A stretch of DNA of 64,000 nt from an uncultured Faecalibacterium sp. (GTDB taxonomy: Bacteria; Bacillota; Clostridia; Oscillospirales; Ruminococcaceae). Both the position numbers and the translations under genes were made by a program. Positions within the stretch are counted from its first letter, which is position 1; each line of letters begins with the position of its first letter. Shown piece by piece: positions 39,030 through 48,227 of this stretch. Under the pieces are notes generated by a model. The model did not search any database. It had not been told where the DNA came from and was given only the letters and a program-made list of their open reading frames with translations. The DNA lies in the NCBI GenBank assembly GCA_937880095.1, contig CALFLK010000025.1, forward strand, positions 108,351-172,350, in the 5' to 3' direction.

Positions 39030-42000
39030 TTTGCTGTTTCCTCCTCCGACTGGACATTATCGCTGCCCACATGGGCAGCAGCCAGAAATTCTGCCGCATC
39101 GTCCAGCTCGGTATCCAAATCTTCCTCGCCCAGATCCACATTCAGCGGCTGGTGCTTGAACAAAATATCGTACATGATCGGCACGATATACAGGGTCATA
39201 ATGGTTGCGTACAGCAGACCACCCGCAATGACGACTGCCATACCGCCGCCCAGCTGGCTGCCCATATCGTCGCCAAAAATCAGCTGTGCCATTGCCAGAA
39301 TGGTGGTCAGTGCTGTCATCAGAATCGGGCGCATACGGGTGCAGCCTGCTGCAATCAGTGCAGGTCGGCGCTCCATACCGCCCATACGCAGCTGGTTGGT
39401 ATAGTCTACAAATACGATACCGTTGTTGACGACCGTACCCATCAGCACCAAGAAGCCCATCAGGCTCAACATACTCAACTGCTGACCGTACAGCATCAAG
39501 CCCAGCAGACCGCCGGTAAATGCCAGCGGAACGGTAAACAGCACGATAAACGGAGACAGCAAGCTCTGGAACTGTGCCACCATAACCAGATAGACAAAAA
39601 TCAGTGCGACCACAAGCAACAGCAGCATCTGACGCATCATTTCCTTGACCTGCTCGGTTTCACCGCCGATATGCAGGCGGCAGCCATCCGGCATACGGTC
39701 GGATGCAGCATACTCGTCCAGCTTGTGCTGCAATTCACGGGACAGCAGGGTGGTGTTGTAACCCGGCATGGTTTCGGCTGTAACCGTCATATAGCGGGTC
39801 TGGTTTTCTCTGTGTACGGTATCCACGCTGGTGGTGTGCTCAATCGAAGCAAACTCGCCCAACGTATGCTGTTCGGTGGTCTGACCGCCCATGCTGTCCA
39901 TAACCGTGCAGTTGAAGGGAATCTCCATCAGATTTTCCACTGTGACCAAATCGGTCATATCCTGCACAGTAACCTGCATTGCCACACCGTCCACCGTAAT
40001 GCTGGTAGAAGATGCAGTCGTAGTCATACGGTTGGAAATTTCCTGATAAATCTGTGCTACCGTCAAGCCGTAACGCATTGCAGCATCCCGGTCGATGTTC
40101 AGCTGAATGGTTTGGTCGCCGTTTTCTGCCAAGCCATTGGATGCGTTGGTAAAGCCCTCGACGCTGTTCACGATGTCCACAACATCTTCCGTGACCTGTG
40201 TAATGGTCTTCAAGTCGTTGCCGTACACTTCCAGCGACAGACCACCGCCCATCATGCCGGACATATCCGACATACCGCCGGCCCCTGCCTGAATGGTACA
40301 ATTCAAACCTTCTGCGGCAGCCGTCAAATCCTCGCACAGTTGGGCAATTTCATCTGCGCCGGGGTTTTCGTTTTCCGTGGTTACATAGCCCATGTAACTG
40401 CGGATGATGCCATCCTCGCCGGCACTGTTGCTCATAATGCCCACGTCCTGTACACCGGACACCTGCATCATCGCATCCATTGCCGCATCGACCGCTTCAT
40501 AGGATTCGGTCTGGCTCAAAGTTTCATCAGTCGAAATCATAACCTGAACTTCGCTGGAGGTCATTTCCGGCAGAATCACCACGCCCATCACAATCACACG
40601 ATACACGCAGAACACCAGCAGACCGCCTGCAATCGCCAGCGGAACCGCACGATGACGCAAGCACCAATCCAACGATTTACCGTACACATTCTGTACTTTA
40701 TCGAACAGGGGGTGCGGGCGGTTTTTGCTGTGTTTCAAAACGGTACTGCCTGCCGCAGGTACCACCGTCATTGCCACAATCAGCGATGCCACCAGACAAT
40801 AGGTGATTGCCAAGCCCATCGGCATCAACAGCTCACGCACTGTACCCTTGGTAAACACCATGGGCAGGAATACGCAAATCGTGGTCAGGGTGCTGGCAAT
40901 GATGGAACCCGCCACCTGTTTGGTGCCTTGTACCGCAGCGCGTGCGGGCGAAACACCGCGTGCACGCAGACGGTAGATATTCTCGATGACAACCACCGAG
41001 TTATCTACCAGCATACCGATACCCAGCGCCAAACCGGACAGGGTCATCATATTCAGGGAGAGGTGGGAGAAGTACATCAAAACGATAGCGAACAAAACGC
41101 TCAGCGGGATGCTGATACTAACCACCAGCGTAGGCTTAAAGTCCTTCAGGAACAACGCCAGAACAATGATTGCCAGCAGCGCACCCAGCACCATACTGGA
41201 CACAACGCTGTTCACAATCAGGGTGATGTAATCACCCTGATCCATCAGCACAACCGAAGTAAAACCATCGTATTTTTCAGTCAGCTCTTTCAGGGCGCTC
41301 TTGCACTGGCGGGACACTTCGTTTGTACCTGCCGTAGAGCCTTTATACACGCTCAGAACCACCGCATTGCTGCCGTTCAGGCGGGTGTAGCTGTCCATTG
41401 CGTTGTCGATGACTGTAATATCCGCCACGTCGGACAGACGCACATCACCAATGCCATCCACATGGCACAAAAGTGCCTGGGAAATATCCTCGCTGCTGGT
41501 GTATTCCTCACCGATTTTCAGCAGCCATGCGTTATCATTTTCATCGTCAATGTAACCCGCCGGCATGGAGAAGTTCTGTGCGTAAATCATGCCGGACAGG
41601 GTAGAAACATTCAAAAGTGTGTCCAGATTTGCGTGTTCCAGTGCCTGCTCTCGTGCGCTTTCGTACTGTTCCCGCGCAGCTTTCAGCTGAGCTTCCAGTG
41701 CGATCAGCTGATTCTGTCCGGTTGCAAAACCCACCGCAGCTTCCAACTGTGCCTGACCCAGACCGCCAATGGCAGCTTTCAGCGCTTCTACCAGCTGAGG
41801 AACGGCTTCTACCTGTGCCGCCAGCTTTTCCAGCGTCTGCACCACGGCGTCCACCACCGTATTCAGGACAGAATCCTGTGCCGGGATTTCGCTTTCCGCC
41901 GGGGTATCTGTTTCAGGTACAGGCGCACGCACCGCATCCAACACCGTTTTCATATTTTCCTGAATGCGGGCTGCCAGCACAATCACCTGTGCGGCATCTT

Positions 42001-42925
42001 CCGGCGAAGCCGTGCCGGCTTTGATTTGGTCCAGCAAAGTACGCATATCCCGGATATCCGTTTGCACCTGTGTCAGCGCCTGCTGTACCTGCGGGTCAGA
42101 AATATTCTCCTGTAAGGTGTTTGCCTGCTCGGTCAGCGCATCCAGAATCGGCTGAATCTGGGTTGCCTGCTGGGTCAGCTGCTGCTGTACAGGACCCATC
42201 ACACCGGATGCCAGTGCCGAACCAAACGAGCCTTTCTGCTGTTCCAGTGCCGCTTTGCCATCCTTGAGCTGCTGTTCCGCTTTATCCAGTTCCCGACGTG
42301 CATCCGCCAGTTTCTGGTCGGTCAGGCCCAGCAACTGGTCGTTCAAACGGTCGATTTTATCTCGATTCAGGTCCACCTGCACGCTTTTTTCTACCAGACC
42401 TGCCGCCGAAACACTAGCGACACCGGGCTGACGCTCAATGTACGGTACGACTTCATCCCGCACAAAAGCGGTAGTTTCGTACACGTCATAGCCCTCACAG
42501 CCCACACCCAGATACATGGTTGCCATCATATCCGGGCTCATTTCCATAATGGAAGGGGTACCACACATTTCCGGCAGCTGTGCCGAAACCCGCTGGACGG
42601 CACTGGATACCTTGACCATGGCGGAATCCATGTTGGTATCCTCTTCAAATTCCAGCTGTACCATAGATACATTTTCGCTGGATGTGGAGTACACATTGGT
42701 TACGCCGGTCACAGTACCTAAGCTGTCCTCCATCGGTTTTGTGACAGCATCCTCCACTTTTTCCGGGCTTGCGCCGGGATAGGCGGTGATGACCAGCAGA
42801 TAGGGCAGATTGATGGGCGGTAAAAGGTCGGTTGTCATGTTCGTCAAGGACACGAACCCCAAGACCAGCACCATCAATACCGCCACCAGCACGGTATAGG
42901 GCTTTTTTACACTGAAACGCTCCAT
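39026..42925 (-). CDS. RND (AcrB/HAE-type) efflux transporter permease with a large coiled-coil insertion
   Basis: Has the 12-TM RND architecture with two large extracytoplasmic loops and an AcrB-like N-terminus. An approximately 240-aa Q/A/L-rich helical insert sits in the first loop. The start was set at ATG 42925. Confidence 0.85.
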   Translation of the reverse strand: MERFSVKKPYTVLVAVLMVLVLGFVSLTNMTTDLLPPINLPYLLVITAYPGASPEKVEDAVTKPMEDSLGTVTGVTNVYSTSSENVSMVQLEFEEDTNMDSAMVKVSSAVQRVSAQLPEMCGTPSIMEMSPDMMATMYLGVGCEGYDVYETTAFVRDEVVPYIERQPGVASVSAAGLVEKSVQVDLNRDKIDRLNDQLLGLTDQKLADARRELDKAEQQLKDGKAALEQQKGSFGSALASGVMGPVQQQLTQQATQIQPILDALTEQANTLQENISDPQVQQALTQVQTDIRDMRTLLDQIKAGTASPEDAAQVIVLAARIQENMKTVLDAVRAPVPETDTPAESEIPAQDSVLNTVVDAVVQTLEKLAAQVEAVPQLVEALKAAIGGLGQAQLEAAVGFATGQNQLIALEAQLKAAREQYESAREQALEHANLDTLLNVSTLSGMIYAQNFSMPAGYIDDENDNAWLLKIGEEYTSSEDISQALLCHVDGIGDVRLSDVADITVIDNAMDSYTRLNGSNAVVLSVYKGSTAGTNEVSRQCKSALKELTEKYDGFTSVVLMDQGDYITLIVNSVVSSMVLGALLAIIVLALFLKDFKPTLVVSISIPLSVLFAIVLMYFSHLSLNMMTLSGLALGIGMLVDNSVVVIENIYRLRARGVSPARAAVQGTKQVAGSIIASTLTTICVFLPMVFTKGTVRELLMPMGLAITYCLVASLIVAMTVVPAAGSTVLKHSKNRPHPLFDKVQNVYGKSLDWCLRHRAVPLAIAGGLLVFCVYRVIVMGVVILPEMTSSEVQVMISTDETLSQTESYEAVDAAMDAMMQVSGVQDVGIMSNSAGEDGIIRSYMGYVTTENENPGADEIAQLCEDLTAAAEGLNCTIQAGAGGMSDMSGMMGGGLSLEVYGNDLKTITQVTEDVVDIVNSVEGFTNASNGLAENGDQTIQLNIDRDAAMRYGLTVAQIYQEISNRMTTTASSTSITVDGVAMQVTVQDMTDLVTVENLMEIPFNCTVMDSMGGQTTEQHTLGEFASIEHTTSVDTVHRENQTRYMTVTAETMPGYNTTLLSRELQHKLDEYAASDRMPDGCRLHIGGETEQVKEMMRQMLLLLVVALIFVYLVMVAQFQSLLSPFIVLFTVPLAFTGGLLGLMLYGQQLSMLSLMGFLVLMGTVVNNGIVFVDYTNQLRMGGMERRPALIAAGCTRMRPILMTALTTILAMAQLIFGDDMGSQLGGGMAVVIAGGLLYATIMTLYIVPIMYDILFKHQPLNVDLGEEDLDTELDDAAEFLAAAHVGSDNVQSEEETAK

Positions 42926-42957
42926 AAAAGGAAATCCTCTCTTTAGCACTTACTCTT

Positions 42958-42977
42958 CCGACCGACCAGTCGGTCGG
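42958..42977. promoter_or_regulatory. perfect palindrome CCGACCGAC-CA-GTCGGTCGG, candidate TetR operator of the RND-TetR operon
   Basis: A 9-bp perfect inverted repeat lies 33 nt upstream of the RND start codon. Confidence 0.5.
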
Positions 42978-43077
42978 TTTTTTACAGTTCAAAGTATACG
43001 CTTTGGGGGCATCCAATACCATGAACGTTCTGTAAAAATACTGTTGTTTTCTTTTGTATTTTCCCATTTTCGGCAAA

Positions 43078-43118
43078 TAAAAAACCGCAGCGTAACACTC
43101 GGTTACGCTGCGGTTTTT
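43078..43118. terminator. bidirectional intrinsic terminator
   Basis: A 12-bp stem CCGCAGCGTAAC/GTTACGCTGCGG is flanked by A7 and T5. Confidence 0.85.
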
Positions 43119-43140
43119 GCATCAAAGAAAATCTTTTATC

Positions 43141-44481
43141 TTATTTGTGCACTGCGGTTCTTCTTCTGCCGCGTGCCTGCGGGCGGTGCTTGCGGAACAA
43201 TACCGCAAAGTTTACTCTGCTATGGCTCAGCTGGGCAGTCAGATAACCCAGTGCAACCACAACCACCAGCACAGCCGGCACCAGCAAAAGTGCCCTCATG
43301 CTGCCTTTCAGCAGGGCAGATTCATACTTCTTGTCAGCAACCAGCGGTACACGACCAACTTCGCTGCCGTCCAGCTTTACGATTGCTGTACCCAGAGATT
43401 CGCCCTCCTTGATGGGCGCTTTGAATTCTTCCGGTGCTTCGATGTCAACGGTCAGGCTGGCATCATCATACGCGTGCTGCACCAAATCGGTGTTTGCGTG
43501 TAGCGTCACTACTTCGCTTTCATCACAGCCACGCAGTGCAACCTCACCCACTTTTTCGCCCTTGGTCAACAGGGTACGATCCGAGTAGCGCGCAAATGCC
43601 CAATCAAAAATAGAGTTTACTTCCGGATAGATATAGAAAGGCTCGTTCTTCTTTTCTTTTTTCGCGCCCAGAATTGCCAGCATATAGTTGTGGCCCTCGT
43701 GGCTGGACGTGGTAACAAAGCAGCGACCTGCCAACGTGGTAAAGCCGGTTTTCACACCGGAAATACCTTCGCGGTAATAGTCACCGTCGGGCAGTAGCAT
43801 CAGGTTGGTTGCTTCCAAATCCCGCGGCTGATCGTGCTTATTGTTTGCAGGAACGGTATACTTAACCGTATTGGCGATTTCCATGTACTTTTCATTCTGC
43901 CAGCAGGCAGTAGCAATCTTGACGATATCCTGTGCAGTAGAAACATTGCCCTGATCATACAAGCCATGGGGGCAGCCAAACTGGGTATTGGCGCAGCCCA
44001 GTGCTGCTGCTTTTTGGTTCATCTGATCCACAAAAGCGGGAATGCTGCCATTGCCAAAGTAATCCGCCAAAACGCTGGCTGCATCGTTGGCACTTGCCAC
44101 CAGCAGACCATACATCAAATCAATCAGGCGGATTTCTTCGCCCACAATCAGACGCATATCCGAGCCGTTGGCATTCTGAATATCTTTGAACTCCTGTGTC
44201 AGGCTTTCCGGCACAGTGATGGTTTTTTCCAAATCCTCGCCGCTTTCCAATACAAGCAGCGCCGTCATCATCTTCGTCAGGCTGGCTACATAGCGGGTTT
44301 CGCTACTATTCTGATCCAGCAGAACCGTGCCGTCATCCAAGTTTACCATGTAAACCGATTCATCTTCCATACTGGTCGTGATCGGCATATCGTATGCGGC
44401 ACTTGCCGGTACAGCCATCGCCACCACCAAAACCAGCACCAGCGCCAAGGCTGTCAGGCGGTTAAACAGTGTCTTTTTCAT
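43141..44481 (-). CDS. D-alanyl-D-alanine carboxypeptidase (serine-type, PBP5/S11 family) with a C-terminal membrane anchor
   Basis: Has a signal peptide, the SLTK (SxxK) active site, a KTG motif (GVKTGFT) and a C-terminal hydrophobic helix. Confidence 0.85.
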   Translation of the reverse strand: MKKTLFNRLTALALVLVLVVAMAVPASAAYDMPITTSMEDESVYMVNLDDGTVLLDQNSSETRYVASLTKMMTALLVLESGEDLEKTITVPESLTQEFKDIQNANGSDMRLIVGEEIRLIDLMYGLLVASANDAASVLADYFGNGSIPAFVDQMNQKAAALGCANTQFGCPHGLYDQGNVSTAQDIVKIATACWQNEKYMEIANTVKYTVPANNKHDQPRDLEATNLMLLPDGDYYREGISGVKTGFTTLAGRCFVTTSSHEGHNYMLAILGAKKEKKNEPFYIYPEVNSIFDWAFARYSDRTLLTKGEKVGEVALRGCDESEVVTLHANTDLVQHAYDDASLTVDIEAPEEFKAPIKEGESLGTAIVKLDGSEVGRVPLVADKKYESALLKGSMRALLLVPAVLVVVVALGYLTAQLSHSRVNFAVLFRKHRPQARGRRRTAVHK

Positions 44482-44646
44482 GCTGCTTTCGCTCCACTTC
44501 TCTCTTTTTTCGGGGCTAACCCCGCATCCATGTCAGAACGCTATTGATAAGCATACCACATTTTTTCGGAAAGCGAAAGCCGCCGGGCAGGGGTTTCCAT
44601 ACTCCGCTTTTGCTTTTCTTTTGCCCCCACCCGCACACAGCCGCCA

Positions 44647-44688
44647 AACAATGAAATAGCCCCCTGCGCTTGCGGTACGCAGGGGGCT
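44647..44688 (-). terminator. intrinsic terminator of birA
   Basis: An 11-bp stem AGCCCCCTGCG/CGCAGGGGGCT has a T-rich tail on the minus strand. Confidence 0.75.
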
Positions 44689-44848
44689 TAATTGCTTGGG
44701 GTATTCGTTTGGTGTGAGGAGGAATCATGTGCAAGGTATCGGTTGCGGCTCCGAACCTTGTGACTTTAGTATACTCACTTTCCTGTGTGAATTGATGAAG
44801 TTGGTGTGAAGATTTTGTAAAAACGAGAAGGAATCTGGCACACAATTT

Positions 44849-45601
44849 TCACAAAGCGCCATAAATGCCCTGTACCGACACTTCTCCGGTGAATATTTCA
44901 CGCGTCTCTGCGTCAGTTTCCACCACAAGGCGGCCCTGCTCATCCACGTCTGCGCATTTGCCAGCAGCTGTGGTTTCTCCATTTTGCCAGGTAACACGGC
45001 GACCCAGATTCACACAAGCGGCGCAGTAATCTTTGCGCAGGGGTGCAAAGCCTTCTTGTGCGAAATTTTCCAGCCGATGTGCCAAACCTGCTGTAATACG
45101 GGCAACCAATTCCGGCACATCTCGCTTGATATCGACGGTATAGCCTGCCATCGCCAGTGAACCTGCATGCGGCAAATCCTGCGCATCAAAATGTTCCTTA
45201 GGCTGTGCCAGATTGATGCCAATACCCAGCACCCACACCCGCACATCGGGATTTTTCGGGTCCACGGTGCTTTCGCATAGGATACCGGCAATCTTTTTGC
45301 CTTGCAAAAGCAGGTCATTGGGCCATTTGATCTGACATTCAGCACCATACTGCTGACGCAAGGCATCCGAAGCCACCAAGCTCACCAGCTGAGGCAGGGT
45401 TTCCGGCTGCACCATCGGCATAGATACCACCGCGGTATAATACAATGCCTGATCGGCAGCATTTTCCCAGCGGCGACCCAAACGCCCCCGACCGCCGGTC
45501 TGGTTCATGGTATACACAGCACCATACGGCATAAGCTGACGATAGTTTTCCTTTGCCCAGCGGTTTGTGCTGTCGCACTGGGACAGATATTCTACCTGCA
45601 T
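44849..45601 (-). CDS. birA: biotin--[acetyl-CoA-carboxylase] ligase (class I, no HTH domain)
   Basis: Has the GRGRLGRRW biotin-binding motif and an RBS (GGAGGTG). Confidence 0.85.
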   Translation of the reverse strand: MQVEYLSQCDSTNRWAKENYRQLMPYGAVYTMNQTGGRGRLGRRWENAADQALYYTAVVSMPMVQPETLPQLVSLVASDALRQQYGAECQIKWPNDLLLQGKKIAGILCESTVDPKNPDVRVWVLGIGINLAQPKEHFDAQDLPHAGSLAMAGYTVDIKRDVPELVARITAGLAHRLENFAQEGFAPLRKDYCAACVNLGRRVTWQNGETTAAGKCADVDEQGRLVVETDAETREIFTGEVSVQGIYGAL

Positions 45602-45645
45602 CCAAACACCTCCAAAAAAAGCGGACCCTTTGGTCCGCCGTTTGC

Positions 45646-46143
45646 TTATTTTTCCGCTGCACCGGGCACAAATTTATGCTCGGCAGAAACAATTTTACCC
45701 TCATCCACGAGAATCACGCCATAAGTGTCCATACCGGTGTAAGTGCGTCCACAGCTGCCGGGATTGAACAGCAGTACACCGTCCCGCTCCTCGCAGCAGG
45801 CATGATGGGTATGACCGAACAGCGCCACATCGGCACCGCGTGCCTTCGCTGCCTGTGCAATCGTGTCCAAATCGTATTTTACGCCATACATATGTCCATG
45901 CGTATAGAAAAACAGCACTTTGTCAAAGGCTGCCAGACCCTCGTTGGGCTCTAAGACATTATAATCGCAGTTGCCTGCTACACCGTACAGCCGCGCTTTT
46001 CCGGCAAAAGCCGCTGCACGGTCATAGTCACGCAGACCATCGCCCAGAAAAATAGCAACATCCATATCCGGCTCTGCCTTAAAAATGCGTTCCAATGCAG
46101 GCTCGGCACCGTGGCTGTCGCTGCAAATAATGAGCTTGGTCAT
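45646..46143 (-). CDS. YfcE-type metallophosphoesterase (second copy in the window)
   Basis: Carries DSHG, GDG, GNCD and GHTH motifs. The start overlaps the rsmI stop. Confidence 0.85.
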   Translation of the reverse strand: MTKLIICSDSHGAEPALERIFKAEPDMDVAIFLGDGLRDYDRAAAFAGKARLYGVAGNCDYNVLEPNEGLAAFDKVLFFYTHGHMYGVKYDLDTIAQAAKARGADVALFGHTHHACCEERDGVLLFNPGSCGRTYTGMDTYGVILVDEGKIVSAEHKFVPGAAEK

Positions 46144-46988
46144 GCTTCCTCCTCATTTTGTGCCAGCAAGGCACGGTAAATTTCACTCTTGGCAAAGGGC
46201 GTGCCCTTTGCTGCTTCACGAGCTGCGGCGCTGGCGGGCATACCTTCATTTTCCATCAAAGCGCGCGCATGAGCTGCTACGCCTTCCAGCGTCTGGGCTG
46301 CCTGCGCATCTGCCTGCGCTGCGCCAGCCATAACCAGCACATACTCGCCGCGAGGTGCGTTTTCTTTATAATATGCCACTGCTTCGCCCAGTGTGGTTTT
46401 GACCACTTCTTCATGCAGCTTGGTCAGCTCACGGCACAGGGTCACGCTGCGGTCGGCACCAAAGGCATCACACATATCATCCAGCGTATTGCGCAACTTG
46501 TGGGGTGCTTCATAGAAAATAATGGTGCGTTTTTCGTGCAGCAGTTCTTCCAAACGAGCACGGCGCTGGCGCTTTTCCACCGGAATAAAGCCCTCGAACA
46601 CCCAGCGGTCGGTTTTCTGACCCGAAACCGCCAAAGCCGTCACCGCAGCGCTGGCTGCCGGAACTGGAACCACCGGGATTCCGCGCTCCATCGCGTCGCG
46701 TACAATCACTTCGCCGGGGTCCGAAACGCAGGGCATACCGGCATCACTGCACAGCGCGCAGCTTTCGCCTGCTTCGATGCGCTGCAAGATGGCTTCGCCC
46801 TTTTGCAAAGCGTGTTCATAATAGCTGACCAGCGGCTTTTTCAAACCCAGATGATTCAGCAGCTTCAGGGTCACGCGGGTATCTTCCGCCGCGATAAAAT
46901 CCACCATCCCAAAGGTTGCGGCAGCACGAGGGGTCATATCCTCCAGGTTGCCGATGGGGGTAGCGACAATATATAGGGTACCGGGCAT
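46140..46988 (-). CDS. rsmI: 16S rRNA (cytidine1402-2'-O)-methyltransferase
   Basis: The N-terminus reads LYIVATPIGNLEDMT and an AEDTR motif follows. The layout is the tetrapyrrole-methylase fold. Confidence 0.9.
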   Translation of the reverse strand: MPGTLYIVATPIGNLEDMTPRAAATFGMVDFIAAEDTRVTLKLLNHLGLKKPLVSYYEHALQKGEAILQRIEAGESCALCSDAGMPCVSDPGEVIVRDAMERGIPVVPVPAASAAVTALAVSGQKTDRWVFEGFIPVEKRQRRARLEELLHEKRTIIFYEAPHKLRNTLDDMCDAFGADRSVTLCRELTKLHEEVVKTTLGEAVAYYKENAPRGEYVLVMAGAAQADAQAAQTLEGVAAHARALMENEGMPASAAAREAAKGTPFAKSEIYRALLAQNEEEA

Positions 46989-47006
46989 ATTTTCTGCCTC
47001 CTGTTA

Positions 47007-47708
47007 TCATTTTTGTGCAGCAGGACCATACAATGCTGCTCCTGCTGAAATCAGTACATCCGGTTCTACAATCAAACCGGGACGGCGATTCTTTTGGGCT
47101 TCTACCAGAAAAAGCCAAGGCGTACCGCCAGCTTTATTTTTTACAAATGCCAAACGCTTCGGCTCCAGCCGAGCCGCCTGCAAGGCAGCAAATACTTCTG
47201 CCAAACGCTGGGGGCGATGACACATGGCAAAGCGACCGCCATCCCGCAAAAGCCGTGCGCCGCAGCGGCATACATCGTTCAGACTGCACTCCAGTTCATG
47301 GCGAGCTGTTGCGCGGGCAGTGCTGGCGCTTTGCTGACCGGATGTGAAATAAGGCGGATTGCAGGCTACCACGTCGTACAATCCGGCATCCGGCGGGGTC
47401 CAGCCACGCAAATCCGCCAAAACCGGCGTAATGTGGGACAGTTCTTCCTGTTCCTGCACCGCCTGACGCAGCAAAGCCGACCCTTCGGGGGCGATTTCTA
47501 CCGCCATACACGAGCCACGATGCCCAGCATCGTGCCATTCCAAGCTGACGATACCACATCCGCTGCACAAATCCACCGCACGCTGCGCCCGATGGGGCGG
47601 GCAGAACCGCGCCAGCAGCAGCGCATCCGTACCGAAGCGATGCTCTGTATTGCAGTACACCTGTGTACCATTCGTCAAAATTTCCTTGGTATTGCTCACG
47701 CGCACCAC
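47007..47708 (-). CDS. tRNA (adenine-N6)-methyltransferase-like SAM-dependent methyltransferase (YabB/TrmN6 type)
   Basis: Has a DLCSGCG SAM motif and an NPPY catalytic motif. The start is uncertain: several in-frame GTGs lie directly after GGAGGGG, so the true start may be 47699. Confidence 0.75.
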   Translation of the reverse strand: MVRVSNTKEILTNGTQVYCNTEHRFGTDALLLARFCPPHRAQRAVDLCSGCGIVSLEWHDAGHRGSCMAVEIAPEGSALLRQAVQEQEELSHITPVLADLRGWTPPDAGLYDVVACNPPYFTSGQQSASTARATARHELECSLNDVCRCGARLLRDGGRFAMCHRPQRLAEVFAALQAARLEPKRLAFVKNKAGGTPWLFLVEAQKNRRPGLIVEPDVLISAGAALYGPAAQK

Positions 47709-47830
47709 CCCTCCGCTCTGTGTGATGAATCCTTGTGAAGGTACATTCCTTCAATATGACATACAGGAATATTATACACGCTATTTTCCGCTTTTTCTAC
47801 CGGGAAAGGGGATTTGACGCTTTCCCACAC

Positions 47831-47870
47831 AAAAATAAGGGCGCACCCAATGGGTGTGCCCTTATTTTTT
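47831..47870. terminator. intrinsic terminator after the ferredoxin gene
   Basis: Stem TAAGGGCGCACCCA/TGGGTGTGCCCTTA is flanked by A5 and T6. Confidence 0.85.
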
Positions 47871-47896
47871 GCTTTTAAGCGCAATCGGCTGATAAA

Positions 47897-48064
47897 TTAT
47901 TCAGCAACGATAGCACCGGTGGGGCAAACGCCCTCGCAAGCGCCGCAGTCGATGCAAACGTTTGCGTCAACAGTAGCGGTGCCCTCAACGGTGATAGCGC
48001 CAACGGGGCAAGCGGACTCGCATGCGCCACAGCCGACGCAAGCATCAGTAACCTTGTGTGCCAT
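47897..48064 (-). CDS. fdx: clostridial-type 2x[4Fe-4S] ferredoxin (55 aa; absent from the ORF track because it is under 60 aa)
   Basis: Hand translation gives MAHKVTDACVGCGACESACPVGAITVEGTATVDANVCIDCGACEGVCPTGAIVAE. It has two CxxCxxCxxxCP motifs, an RBS (GGAGAAACACT) before the ATG, and its own terminator. Confidence 0.9.
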   Translation of the reverse strand: MAHKVTDACVGCGACESACPVGAITVEGTATVDANVCIDCGACEGVCPTGAIVAE

Positions 48065-48227
48065 AGTGTTTCTCCTTTACTCCGTGCGTTGCAATTCTGG
48101 GGCAGAAACAGCACGGCAGTCAACCTGCCCCACAGGAATACTCCTTAGGGGCAGTGTATCATAAAATGCCCTTTTGGTGCAAGTAGTAACCCCTTTGCTG
48201 CGCATGATGTGCAAGAAATTTTACATC

